DNA from: Raillietiella orientalis
Lineage: Eukaryota
Assembly (NCBI GenBank): GCA_036172245.1
Contig: JAYWIR010000059.1
Coordinates: forward strand, 434,001-498,000
Length of the DNA: 64,000 bases
Direction: 5' to 3'
The notes below the pieces were generated by a model. That model had not been told where the DNA came from, did not search any database, and was given only the letters and a program-made list of their open reading frames with translations. This document shows, piece by piece, positions 26,701 to 39,600 of the stretch. The position numbers and the translations under genes are program-made. Every line of letters begins with the position of its first letter. The first letter of the stretch is position 1.

Positions 26701-29700
26701 AGATTGGAATCCGGGAGGAAGAAGTGCCACAATCATTTCCGAGCCACTGAATCAGCAACTTGGGTACAAAACCTCGTGGAATCAGATAAACGGTGGAACT
26801 GCTGCTGGTGAGAACTAATTGTCAAATAAAAGTCTCGTGACATTCAGGAATCGTAAAAGCCCTTCTTTTTGATAGCTAGAAGACCAAGTAGAGCTCTTTT
26901 GAGAGATCCATGAGGTTCATAAAAAGTGAACAGCAGAAGCGAGAAAAAAAATTTTGCTGTCGAAAATTGGAAAACCATTCGCTTTATTATTGCAAAATAT
27001 CTTGATATTTAGCTTGTCGGATTTTATCCTCCATAGTTTGTTAGATTGATGGATTCTCTTTAATGGAAACATCCCCAAATGATTTCTCTTGAAAATGTCT
27101 TCTTGAAGGAATTCACCTCATAATTGGTTCGTTTGGTCAACTTTTAGGCTACAAAATGTATGATGAGTGAGTGTCCCTTCGAATGCTCAGTTTCAGAGCG
27201 TTAAATGTAGATGAACTTGTTTGGACTTCAGTGCAAATTCCACATTGAGGAATGCTGAGCATTTCCGGTGAATCGGATTGAAGCTTTATGACGATCACGT
27301 AGCTACGGCCACAAGCAAGAAACCATCTATCTTGACCGTTTCCACCCCTCACTGGTATAAGGAAAACGCCGAATGAAGGAAGTGTTGCAAAATTGGGATT
27401 GCAAAACGTGCCTAGCAGCAACCAGTTGAGATCATGAATCGCAGAACTCACTCCTTAAACTCCATACCACTTGGTGAATCATTAAACTCGTTAATGGCAA
27501 CATGCTCGCCTAACATAAGTGATTGTTCATTCTCTGTTTCATCGGTACATTACTGTGGTCATACCCTCCGGTGAGTGACTCACAAGGATTGATCCCCTTA
27601 TAATTAACATGAAGAATTGACTGGAATTGGCAAATCTGGAGTTCTTTTGCTGAATTCTCCAAGCTTTCATGCGGGGCTGAGATGGTGCGCGTTCAAACCA
27701 CAACTGCTTTCCACATTCACAGTGATTTGTGGAGATTCTTTCTTTTGTCCTTCTGCTCCGAATACTGAAAGTCCATTCTGTACGTGATAGACCAAAAAGC
27801 TGAGCAGATTGCAACGGAATCTCAGCGTCCTCATTCAGGCAAATCCTACTGGAACTCCTCCAGGAGCAGCCAGCAATCTGTTGGAACTTCTGATTGTGAC
27901 AGCATGGCCTAATATTCATGCGATGGATTCCGCTAAGCAGAGCTTTGTCCAACATTCTCGCACACAACCCCTAAAAAGGTCTCTGTACCTTTTCAAAGAA
28001 CTCAGCTTCCAGGATTGAAACAATCAGTTAAAACGCAGGACTTTTGGCAAGAAAGCCAAACATGCAAAGGTGAACTCCATGTCAAGACTATCGTCTGAGC
28101 GAACCTTCCACGCAAGAAGCAAAAAATGCTCAGAGAACTTTTTCCTTCAAAGATGGTTTTAGCTGGAACTCCAGAGTTAATGAAACTCTGTCTAGTTTCC
28201 TTGATGGTTTCTGTGTGTGCTTTCTGCTTAGACGAATTCTGCAATTCTCTCACAGGAGGTGAATTTTGCTTGTGCCATAACGGAGACTACGTGTGCTCCT
28301 GCAAGAGAAGACATTGGGATGAATCGTTGGAAGTCATTAATGGTGATTGTTTTCAAAATAATAAATGATGCATATACTTTTGTGATAAACGATGTCTTGT
28401 TGTTACTCAATTACTGATGACAGTTCCATTTCTTCGCATCTCAGACGGTTTATCAGTGTCTGCTTCAGAGCGGTTGTCTTCCCTCCAACTGAGAACATGG
28501 CTTTTGCACTTCAGCAGTCACTCATTCAATTGAAAGAAAAAAACTGCACCTCAGTCATCTACAACGCTTTCTGGTAGAGCTGAAGGATTCTGATTTTGAT
28601 GACAAAGATCACGGGTTTCCCATTTCTGCTACTGGGACCGTGGGTGCGTCGAAAGCATCTGCGGGTGATTCTGAACATCGTTCTCTGATGAGTGCAAAAA
28701 CAAAAGCAAAAAGCTTTCTCCTTTCAGAAATACCCAATGCAGCGTTTGAATGCGCCGGCTGAGGGGGCAATAAATACTTCCCTGACCCTTAATACTCTGT
28801 GTGATTTTTTTCATCTGCAACCCTAACAGTGGTGAAGAAAAAGCTAATTTGCCCGTTAACGCAGCATTCGATTTGTGATCTGTCCGGCAATCTGTGAAAA
28901 TGATTTACTTTAAATTTACGAGTCATTCCAAAGTTCTCAAGCAACGGACCGAAAGCAGAGGTTTGTTAGTGCAGCAGCACAACAACGAGGTATCCGAGAC
29001 ACACACACACAAAAAGGGGAGGGGGAGGAAACAAATCATTACACTATTGCCAGCTCTCTTAGACTGTTGACAGATTTCCTTACTTTTAATTTTTTTTTTT
29101 TAACTCAAAGCTATTTTTCCAGGAATTCCCCTTAGAGATTTTTATCTTATCTTTCCAGAGAACATTCTTCTTTTCTTTCTTAAAACAAATTGCTTTTTCT
29201 TTTTCCTTTTTTGCTTCCTTTTTTTTTTTAGTTGAATCCACGTATACTGGCATGCATGCGATTTGCAAATATACATTTTGGAAGCAGACACGCATGCACA
29301 CAGTCTATGCGTAAACATATTTTGAATGCACCCAAGAGAAACGGCCATCAAGAAGAGCAGTTTCCCAGATGAGGAGGATTATTTTTCCAAAGGTATGCTA
29401 ACACACGAATCTCAGACAAATTCAGCAAGGGGATAAAGGTTCTGAGACCACGGCTATTTCAGATACCTCTCACTTACACACCGACTCTCGTGAACACGAG
29501 CTGTTTCCAGTCGACTTCGCTCCAGCAGCCAACCGCCCGTGTTGCTTTTCTAATAAAGGTGCTCTTCCCAGTGCGATGTTTGAAAATTGAGCTCTTTTAT
29601 TTTTTGCGTGTTTTTTATTTTTATTTGAAAAAAGATGACAATTTATTCATCGTTTTCCGATGATCACTGTCCGCAGCCCTACTCAGCCCGGCATAATCAG

Positions 29701-32422
29701 CGCGTTGTATTTTCATCATCTCCCTCTTCCAGTGCTCTGCCCTGACTCTCCAGAAATCTCGTATACCGGGGAATCGAATTCACCAAAAGGACGAGTAACC
29801 TCTTCCGAATAGAAGATGCAGGCATACGTTGAACTCGTAGGATAGGAAAGACTTCAAAGACAGCCACGTGATTTTCAGGTGATCGCAAGACAGTTTCCTC
29901 ATGAAAGTCTGGTAGGAAGACAAAATGAAATTAGAAACATCATTAAGCGTGTTTCTCCGTGTTTCCTTTCCCCGGAAACAGTCACAGAGAGCAGAGGTCT
30001 TTCCAGGATCATGCCGCCAGAACTTCTCTGCTGGCAACTCAGAGTGGAAATTCCCCAAAGTCATCTCTTGCTGATGAATCGATAAGGGAAGTGAAACATT
30101 CAGATGTCGGGGTCGAAATTTTTTTTTACAGAAAACAAATGAGGGACAAAGAAAAAATAAAAATTACATCAGTAGCTAAACTATAAGCAACCGCGAAACT
30201 GGATGTTTTCAATGGGTTATATGCGATCAGAGCCTCATTAAAATCATATTAAGGAAGAGACAGCAAAGGAATGGTGATGTAAGATGAGCTCGTCGATGCA
30301 TGCACGTTCCGGGAACGAGATTGGGCGGATCCACGAACGTTCATCGAAGGGAAGAAGAAATTCGACGTTTCCAGCTCCCGAAGTGTTTTTTCCTTCTCTC
30401 TCTCTCTTCCGTTCTCAAGCTCAGTATGAAACGCAGTCAGCGTACAGTTTGCAAATTTTTATCGATACCTCCAGCCCTATTTCTAACGCCATGGAATCGC
30501 CTCTGCTCGATGTTGCTCTCCATGCCGGAAAATGGCCGTTAAACCACAATCGAAAGATTCTGAAAGCAAGCCAACTTATTAGAAGAAATAATTAACTAAA
30601 ATCTGGGTTAGAAGCTTGGCGTGGGTCGGCCACCCCCACATTGCAGTAAAGAGTGCCACAACTTACCCAATGTCCTGCTTTGAGCGAGGGCAATGTCATA
30701 GTCGAGGGCGGAAACGGAGACGCAGTCATTGCTACTGGAAGACCAAAGCCTTCCAAAAAAGTCAAAAAGATGAAACCAATCCTATCCAAATCTGGAGGTT
30801 GAAAGCTCATCTCCCGCGCTGTCTCAGGGAACAGATTCAAAAATCCCGCGAAGGGGGTGTGGAAAGCACGAAAAGAACAAGACAGCTGATTGAGCAAAGT
30901 GAATCAGAAAGGAAAGGCTTGCAGGAACAAAGTCAGAACGATGCGTTCCGTTTGTAAGTGCGAGGGAGGAGCGCTGGATCTACCGGGGCCTATGAGCGCG
31001 TGCTGTCCTGGTAAAAAAAAGAGTCAACTTAAAAAATACGCCAAGACCACCAATGAAGGTCTCTGCCCGAAGACAACGTTATCAAGAGGAAATCACTGCC
31101 GTTACATTAGTTATAATACAAGTAAAAGGAATTCCCAGGTCCACGATCGGCTTTCTTAAGCGGTCTTTTCCATCGAACTGATGGCAACCCACGCAATTTG
31201 GAACTTTTTGCACGATAAAGGATGCAGCAAAATATGCATCAAACGCCATTCGAGTGAGGACCGTTGCTGTCGTACTGTATTGGGATGTGCGTAGAAACCT
31301 CGTGATCTCAAGGATTGCGCATTTTTAAATGAAACTGAGGAATTGGGAGAAGGATCAAAAGCTCAGAGCATGCATTTAGAAGGAACTTGTTCTCTATTTG
31401 CAGAAACCTGGCACGAAATTGGAGCCGGGTTTTCCTGAGATGTTGGTAACCTGCTGCTGCAAAGTGTAATGATCATTTAGTCATTCATCACTCGGTCTCG
31501 CGAGCAGCCAAGTGGCACCGGTTATATGGTGTTTATGAAACCGCTCGGGTCCATTAATCTTCACTGGAAGTGAAGCTCCAAACGTAACGACCTGGAGCTC
31601 CTGGAAAGGGAATTATAAGGGACATATTCGACTCGGAACTAGCAGTGCGCTTCAGGTTTTCTTGCCCTGCAAACGATTTCTAAAAAATCGAAAAGCAGTG
31701 AAAGCACCTAGACACTTACTTTCTGCCATGTTTGGAGAGTATTCCATTCCGTATCATTTTGTATTGGAACGTAACCCTACCATCAGTTGTAACCTATTTC
31801 AAAAGGCATAATAAACTTGGGTTACTAAGATCGGCCGTATTGGGGCGGCCAGCATTCGGTTGCTATGTAATTCTGCATTTACAAAAAGAAAGAAAGAACT
31901 CTTTGTAAAAGGTTAAAGAAGCTTCATGTGGTTTAAAATTAATAGTCTGCGCCCGAAAGAGCAGTGTTTTGAAGTTTTGTCTTGTTTGCTTAACAAGGGC
32001 ACCGAGAATCTTGACATCTCCACTGGATGCCTCGTCTGACGACACGTGTAGTGATTTTCATAAGAATCCTATCCTTCTATTCTATCTGAATGCTGCCCTA
32101 CGTATCAGCTCCTTTACAGTTACAGAGAGCATAGAAAATCATGGAGACAGAAGTTGACTGACTGCGTCGCTACCCAGGCAGATGTCTGTTTTCTTTTCCA
32201 GCTCTCTTTCTTCTAAGCGTGCTTCGGATTCTATTGAAAGTGGGATGCAAAACTCAGAAAGGGAACAGGGCTCCAGATGAATCAACAAGGTTTTTCGAAA
32301 GTTGACAGGAAAAATCCAAAAAAAAAAAAAGAAATGTTGGAGGAGTGAGGTTCGATTTGCACACTCGGATCATCGAGAATTTCCAGCTTTGCTGAATCCT
32401 CAAAGAGAGTGAAGTCAAGATC

Positions 32423-32795
32423 TACGAGACGCATCCCAAAAGTAATAGACGATCGGATATAAAGAAAGAACAAACAAGAGGAACAAAAACGTATGAGTGA
32501 TTCTAAACACATACATCCCCATGTCATTTTTCTACGTATTCACCATTTTTTTCCAAACACTTTCGATACCGTGGAAGAAGCTTTTCGAAATCCTCTGTAT
32601 GAAATTCCGCTGCCTGGGAATTCGGCCAGTTCAGCACTGCAGTTCTGAACTCCTCACCTTCCTCGGGTCGTTGAGATACAAGCCACTTCTTGAGATTCAA
32701 GAGGACGTGGTAGTCAAAACAAGAGGCGAGAGGTCAGGACTGTGAGGAGGGTGATCAGAAAGTTCCCATTTGAATTTCTGAACTGTCTGGAGAGC
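32423..32795 (-). mobile_element. Second degenerate mariner 3' fragment, back-to-back with the first
   Basis: - strand reads QKFKWELSDHPPHSPDLSP..DYHVLLNLKKWL..AVLNWPNSQ..KCLEKNGEYVEK*, then a TIR ending at TA 32423-32424. Confidence 0.85.
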
Positions 32796-32799
32796 AGAA

Positions 32800-33346
32800 C
32801 GGGGACCAAAAGGGTGTGATTTTGGTAAACTTTATGGAGACTGGAACGACCACCACTTGGCAAGTCCACTGTGAAACACTTTCAAAACTGCGGCGTGCCA
32901 TTCAGCAGAACCGACTACGTGGAATATTGAGATCAGGAAGAACTTGTTCTTCTCCACGACAACGTGCGCCTTGGAGACACATGCTGTCCATACATTCGAG
33001 ACAATTCAGAAATTCAAATGGGAACTTCTTGATCATTCACCTTACAGTCCCTCTCAGTGACTACCACTCCTGCACCTCCAGAAGTGGCTCGACGGCTCGA
33101 GGAGCAAAGTGAGGAGTTGAAAATGGAAGCAGTGCTGAACTGGCCGAATTCCCAGGCAGCGGAATTTCATACAGAGGATTTCGAAAAGCTTCTTCCACGG
33201 TATCGAAAGTGTTTGGAAAAAAATGGTGAATACGTAGAAAAATGACATGGGGATGTATGTGTTTAGAATCACTCATACGTTTTTGTTCCTCTTGTTTGTT
33301 CTTTCTTTATATCCGATCGTCTATTACTTTTGGGATGCGTCTCGTA
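32800..33346 (+). mobile_element. Degenerate mariner (Tc1/mariner) element, 3' half of transposase plus TIR
   Basis: Frameshifted remnants: DQKGVILVNFMETGTT..CETLSKLRRAIQ, LHDNVR (cf. HDNARPH), FKWELLDHSPYSP..SDYH (cf. YSPDLAPSDYH), FEKLLPRYRKCLEKNGEYVEK*. TIR-like end ...TTACTTTTGGGATGCGTCTCG followed by TA at 33345-33346. Confidence 0.88.
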
Positions 33347-33599
33347 GATCTTGACTTCACTCTCTTTGAGGATTCAGCAAAGCTGGAAATTCTCGATGAT
33401 CCGAGTGTGCAAATCGAACCTCACTCCTCCAACATTTCTTTTTTTTTTTTTGGATTTTTCCTGTCAACTTTCGAAAAACCTTGTTGATTCATCTGGAGCC
33501 CTGTTCCCTTTCTGAGTTTTGCATCCCCACTTTCAATCGAATCCGAAGCACGCTTAGAAGAAAGAGAGCTGGAAAAGAAAACAAACATCTGCCTGGGTA

Positions 33600-33668
33600 C
33601 ATTTTTGTTTCTCTTGTTTATTCTTCCCTTATATCCGATAGGCCATTACTTTTAAAATGCTCCTCGTA
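33600..33668 (+). mobile_element. Orphan mariner 3' terminus/TIR (diverged copy), ending in TA
   Basis: ATTTTTGTTTCTCTTGTTTATTCTTCCCTTATATCCGATAGGCCATTACTTTTAAAATGCTCCTCGTA aligns colinearly with the element end at ~33279-33346. Confidence 0.8.
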
Positions 33669-36600
33669 TAGATATCTGGGATTCATTTCATTCAAACATG
33701 GCCAAGAGACATGCTGTCCGTACATTCTACTTTGCATCTTTCGATTCCTCAAGGAAAGCCATACCAACGTTTTCGACTGGGAACAGGCAGCAAGACTTTT
33801 CGGGATGCACATCAGGTAGGATCGGAACAGGATGAATACAAAAATCAGTGAAACATTAGGATTTTTTGGAGCAAACGAATCACGTGCGTCGCTAAAGTAA
33901 GGCATTTTTTTTCTGAACGCGGACGGTACTGCGAACACTATGATTTCCCTACGACCCATTTGGCTCGTCACTCCATCCCCCAAAAAACTGCTTCCACGAA
34001 TTTGGAAAAGCAAATATATGTGAATTACAAAGAATATGAGAAAGCAGCAGCTGTGAGGGTGACCTCATTTGTGCACGAATATGGCAACACTTTTGTAAAC
34101 AAAACTGCATTTTAGTAAATCGATTGGCAAAGAAATTCTTTGCCCTTCTGAGTCGGTCTCGCATCGTATTGAGGCACCGGGAAGAGCACTCGTAAACCGT
34201 TAGCGGTCAGCACGCATACCTACAGAATGACTCGGATTTCATGCGTGAAATGAGAAGCTGCATTCGGAAAGTGACTGCCCTGAAGTTTCGCAATCACATG
34301 CCTCCAGCAACCGGACTTGGAATCGCTAGTGATCTCCTGGGTCGCAAGCCGCTCGCTGCCCTTCAGGAAGCAGCGATTCTCCGTTGAAGGATCCGCGCGT
34401 CTCTTGTCAAGGAAATGGAACATCCACATATGCATCACCGGGAATTAAGGAGTCCTGCTTATACCAGGAAACCAGTTGTCAGCGGGAAGAACCATAAAGG
34501 CTATCTCAGTGCGCTATTAATCATCATGCTCACAGCGGCAAGAGACAAGAGTTCGGCAAAGGCACACGGGTTCTTTCCGCAAGCCTTCGACGGAGGAAAA
34601 AAAAAAAAAAGGCATCTCCTCCTTACGATTCGTGGCTTCTCTCTCACGGAGGACGGGCCAATTCCATTAGCTGGTGGACACTCACACGCTGTAGGGCCAT
34701 GTTAGTCAGTTAGGGTATGTAGATATAGCAGTATTGAGCTAGTGATTATATTGGTGAAGAACCAAGAGGTCCGGGAAAGAGGGAAAGGAAAACCCAGTGC
34801 TCAGATGAACAGGTTTCGAAAGGCTAGGAAGTAAAAATCAGAAACGTCAGCAGATAGACGACTCCTAACTTTTTACATCTGAGGACAACACGCACAGCTC
34901 GCCGCATAAGGAAAGCAAAAAAAAAAAACATGAAAGAAGAAAAGAGCAGTTGGCGCTGAAGGAACAAAACGTTATACGGGAACCACTGTGGTGCACGGCC
35001 ATTACGTTATACCTAAACATATAATTTCTACAGTGATCAGCTTTAGAAACTATGTATTCAAAGTGAGAAATATCGTTCTCCTAGAAGAAAGAAGGCACGT
35101 TCACAGTTTCACTGTGAAGCATCAAAAAACATTGCAAAAGTTCGCTCTCAGATGATGGAATCTTTTGCTTCTTTCCATCTTCTGCTAGCATTCTTTCTCT
35201 CGTCTTTTTTTTTTTTTTTTTCGTCTGTCGGTTTCCTTTTTTTTGGGTTTGCTAAGTACTCAAGAACCATTGGATTCACCCCATGGTGGCAATCAGAGTG
35301 TCTCGACAGTCCTGTCTCTTCCGCTGTTGTGCAACCAAGATGCACGAAAAGAGGGGAGGATTCACCCCGAAGTGCCCACCTACAACTCTCTATCTGCTTG
35401 TCCATATCAGCGTCATCTTGCGGAAGTATTCGAAAGTACGATTCTAGCGTCTCTGTCTGACGTGGTAACCACCTAGCCGACCACGCGGGCCGACATGCTG
35501 ATCAGTCGGAGAACCATGGGTATTTCACATAAAACAAGAGTTTGTTGTAAAAAATGCTCAAATTCCAGTGGAATGTTGATTATGAGCAGCCAGTCGCAAG
35601 CCTATTCATTCATTACTATAATTTACTTATTGTTAATGCTGGAATGGGACAGGTAATCAGTGAATCTTAGAGAAAAAACAGTAATGAAGGAAAGATTGGA
35701 ATAAAAAAAATAAAAATAAAAAAGACTGAAACATCTGAGCTGATTTAAAAAATCGATTAAAAATCGCTATAAAAGCGTGATTGTGAGCATCTTTAGACTA
35801 CTTGAAGAGTCCACAACATGGTAACGAATTCCCGCTTGTGTAGACATGTGTAGCCCTGTTTGTTTGCATTCATATTTGTACGAATGAAAAAGGCGGTAGT
35901 TTTGCAGATGCCCGTCAATAAAAGAGTGAAAGGATGGACGTGGCTATAAGAGTGCAAGAAACTCTAGATAAAAGCAAAAAAAAAACGTTTCTTTGCAATC
36001 CTACACTTTTAGAGCCTCCGTTCTCACTTTTGACTTTCAAAGCTGCTGCATGCAGGTCAAATGACCTCGTTCTTATGTTTGTTTGCCATCTTTTAGGAAA
36101 GCGTATATTCATACCAATCTTCTCCCTGTAAGTTTCAGGGAAAGTAACGATTATCCTTTTTTGGCTGCATGTATGTTATGATGCAATAGGACTTTGTTTC
36201 CTGTGATTCTTCTTTTCATATCGTGTTCTATTAGATCATTTTGAGTTGTTTTTCACACCTCCGTAGTGAATCAGAAAAAAACAATCTTTTTGGTTTTCTT
36301 GCTGAGAGATATCCTCACTTGAAACTCCACAACTGAACCTTCCCAGTCTTGGATCCTTCGCATAAGCACATGTCAATTTGAAAGTACATACTAAAGAGAA
36401 TTTAGTTACATCTGAATATTTCTAATTGTATTCTGACCATCATGAGCTCCGTGATGTCAAGACTCTCATCAAAGCTACAAAAAAAACCTTTGTCACCCAA
36501 CAACGGTACGGTGTTTGTGATCTGTGTTTCGTTAAGAACAGGTCAAGTTCGTTGATCTCTGAAATGAGGTGAGGATGAATTCTTTCAGCTTCTTGAGATG

Positions 36601-39600
36601 CCAAAAAAAGCATACTGGTCTCTCTGATCAGTAACCAAATTTTGCCTCTCAATGAAGCATCTTGAAAAAATAGTCTTTCCTAAGAAGCTAATTCATATTC
36701 TCTTTCGTCCGATACACATCATTGCTTTGAAGCATCTTTAATATCTTTTTGCATAAAATTTTCAGTCCCAAGTTGGAAGTTTTTGGTTCTGCTGGCATTG
36801 CTAACTTCACCCTTCCGGAAATTCCCACTAACTGTGGAAAAGGGCGTTTCCCATTCCTTAATAGTGAAGAACACAAGCAAACAAAAGAGTGTTATATCAT
36901 GTTCGGAGTGCAGTGTCAAAACTGTGACAACACTGAAATGCTCAATGAAATTTGAGCTTGATCGCCGTTTGATCCCAACTTTTAAAGTTAAAACTGTGGT
37001 TTTCTCCTTCTTACCCATGTAAATCCGTCTAACCGCAAACTTAACAGATCCCTAACTGTAAATCGAATCGCAATATTGCAATATAGTTAATGAACAGCAG
37101 CTCTGATCAGATTCCCTTATCTGTGGATAGAATAGGGAGTCGTTCAACGGTGAGTCTGATCCATGACATGTGGGATATCTTCCTGGTACTTCGTGCTGCC
37201 TTCCTCTTATGCTCTTTCCATGATAAGTAGCAATTCCTTTCGAAGCTGCAGTTTGAAATACTTCCAGCTATGTATGTTATTTAAGTACTACTTCCTCGAT
37301 GTAACTTTCGAACCTATTAATCTTCATATTTGCAAATGTCTGAAGTTATTTTTGTTCGATAGTTCTTTTCAAAGGACTCGTTTTTAAGAGAGAGAAAAAA
37401 GCTCGTATTATGCTGTATGATCATCGCTTATTCTGATCATTCCACAAATTCCCAATCAGTTCAATATGGAAAATGCAGCATCAGAAGAATTCAGTTAAGC
37501 CAGTCTGGATGCAAAACAAAATGTTTCATTAATTTTCCTTATTTAAAAAGAAAGGGATGACTATTAATAAAACATCTTGTCTTTACATATTGCAAAACTT
37601 TCAGAAGTGGAAAATGTTGATTGACACATTCAGAGAATGAAGACGCTGACCAAAATGGGTGTTGGTGATTTGCAAGGAGAGGGGAGATTCTATGCACATT
37701 TGTCTTGGAAATGAGGACTGAATCAAAGCCTTGAACTTCCAGCATTCCTGCAGTGTGAACACAATCACATTCTGGGCGTTTTGCAAATCTATAGGGAATA
37801 GGTGGTTTTATAAGGAATACGACAGGATCAGCCTCGTGTTCAGGTTTTTGGAGTGTCCTTCGAAAGGTGATTTTGGAAGTTTCAATTGCCGCCCGTTTAT
37901 CTAGATCATAGTTATTCGCCTTTCCTACATTGCATACTAAATTCCTTGTAGAATCCATTGCTGAGAAATCAACCCAGTTCTCTGCACATAATGCACGAAC
38001 GGGAGCAAACATCAAAAACGTTTATTCATCAAAATTCCATTTTCAGGGATACCTTAATCAAACGGAGAATGGTAAAAGCAACTAACAGAGAAATGCTTCC
38101 TCCTCAGTTTCACAAATTTGTTATCAGAAAACTAAATTCTGATTTCTACTTATTTATGGCTTCAAACCCTTGACCAAATTATTATTATTATTTTTGATTC
38201 GAATAATACACACAGAAGGTCAATAAGTCGAATTTAAAATCAGCAAAGAAAGCTAATCGTGCTAAAAAAAAAAAAATGGTTGTTTCGTTCCAGCATAAAA
38301 CAGCAGTTATGAGAAAATCCTATTAGCAGCCACATGTTAGGGTTACCTAGAAGAAAGGAAAGAGTATTTGCGTGTTGCTTCTGGACAAAATTAGAGAGCG
38401 ATTAAAGAAAGAGCAATTCAATTTCGAGAAAATAAAGGCAATACAAGGAAGAACTGAACAAATTAAAAGAGAAAATCTGAGAAGACGCGGAGCCTCATGA
38501 GAAAAGCCACTATTTGAAGAGTTCCGTGTAATGAGATTAGAAAAAAGAACGTAGTTGCAAATTACAAAGCCAAGCTTCAGCAGTTCAAACATACATTCTT
38601 CGAGAAAGAGTTCGTTTGCTAATATTAGCAGCTCGACGCTTTGATCAAGGAACGTGATGTCCTAATGTTTGACAGGCCCTTTCTAAAAGAGTAGAAATAC
38701 AAGCAATGTTTGAAAATGAAAAGGAATTTCAGATTTGCAACACGAACCGGCATTTCTAAGAATGAATTATTTATTCCCGAATTCTATAGAATCATGATTG
38801 ATATGATTTCAGCAGTCATGATAACCTCTAAATCTAAAGGGCAATCGGAATCTGCAATTTAAAAGGCCACACATGCAAAAGAACTTTATGGATGTGAAAA
38901 GAATGTGCTTAGCAGCCCTGGACTTTGAAAATTGCACTCTCCACAGAAACAGACTGCTTCTATTAACAACAGAAATGATACAAAAAACATAATTCCGCTT
39001 TATCAACTGTAAACGAAGACTCTTTTTCTGTAACTAAGACTAAGACTAATCAGGACTTCTTGTGTTTAAGATAATTTTCTCACTTATGAAATCAAAAAGC
39101 AATGCTTTCAAGATTGTGAAAGAACGAATTGCTCCAAGAAAGAATCCCATTACCATGTGGAAGGCATTGAGAAAATTTCAGCAACATTCTGAAGGCTACA
39201 TGAGATCATAAAATGATCGAAAGCATTGAAAGCAGTTGGCTTTTGACAAAACAAGTAGAGCAACAGCATTTCTTCTCTAACTGGTATGGAAATGACTTTA
39301 GCTTCACGAAGAAAGGATTCATATTCTACCATCTAATCAAAAACAACAAAAGCAATCTATTGCTTTTGACTTCAGCTGGAGCAAAAAGAATACACAGTTT
39401 GCATCATTGAGAAAATAACAAGCATCTGCTAGCAGCTACAATTCACACTTTTCACACAAAAGAAAACTGAAAATAGTACTAAAGAGAACCCGAAATAATT
39501 AACTGATTGCAATCGAGAAAAGCGTACTTAAGTACACTTCGAATAAATGAAACAATTCACTGAAGCAGCTCGTCGTGGTGGGAAACCTCGTTTGCATGTA

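Larger units (their letters stand above)
32171..33599. repeat. Long inverted repeat: arms 32171-32640 and 33129-33599 (~470 bp, ~99% identical), spacer ~490 bp
   Basis: The arms are reverse complements; an identical 81-aa spurious ORF appears on opposite strands. Only about 2 substitutions and 1 indel seen, all in the outer ~75 bp. Confidence 0.95.

Noticed and set aside
32282..33487. Two identical 81-aa ORFs on opposite strands (MTWGCMCLES...)
   Set aside because: A by-product of the inverted duplication spanning the mariner TIR and flank; not genes
37539..38015. 158-aa - strand ORF
   Set aside because: No recognisable motif; similar-length ORFs arise by chance in this DNA
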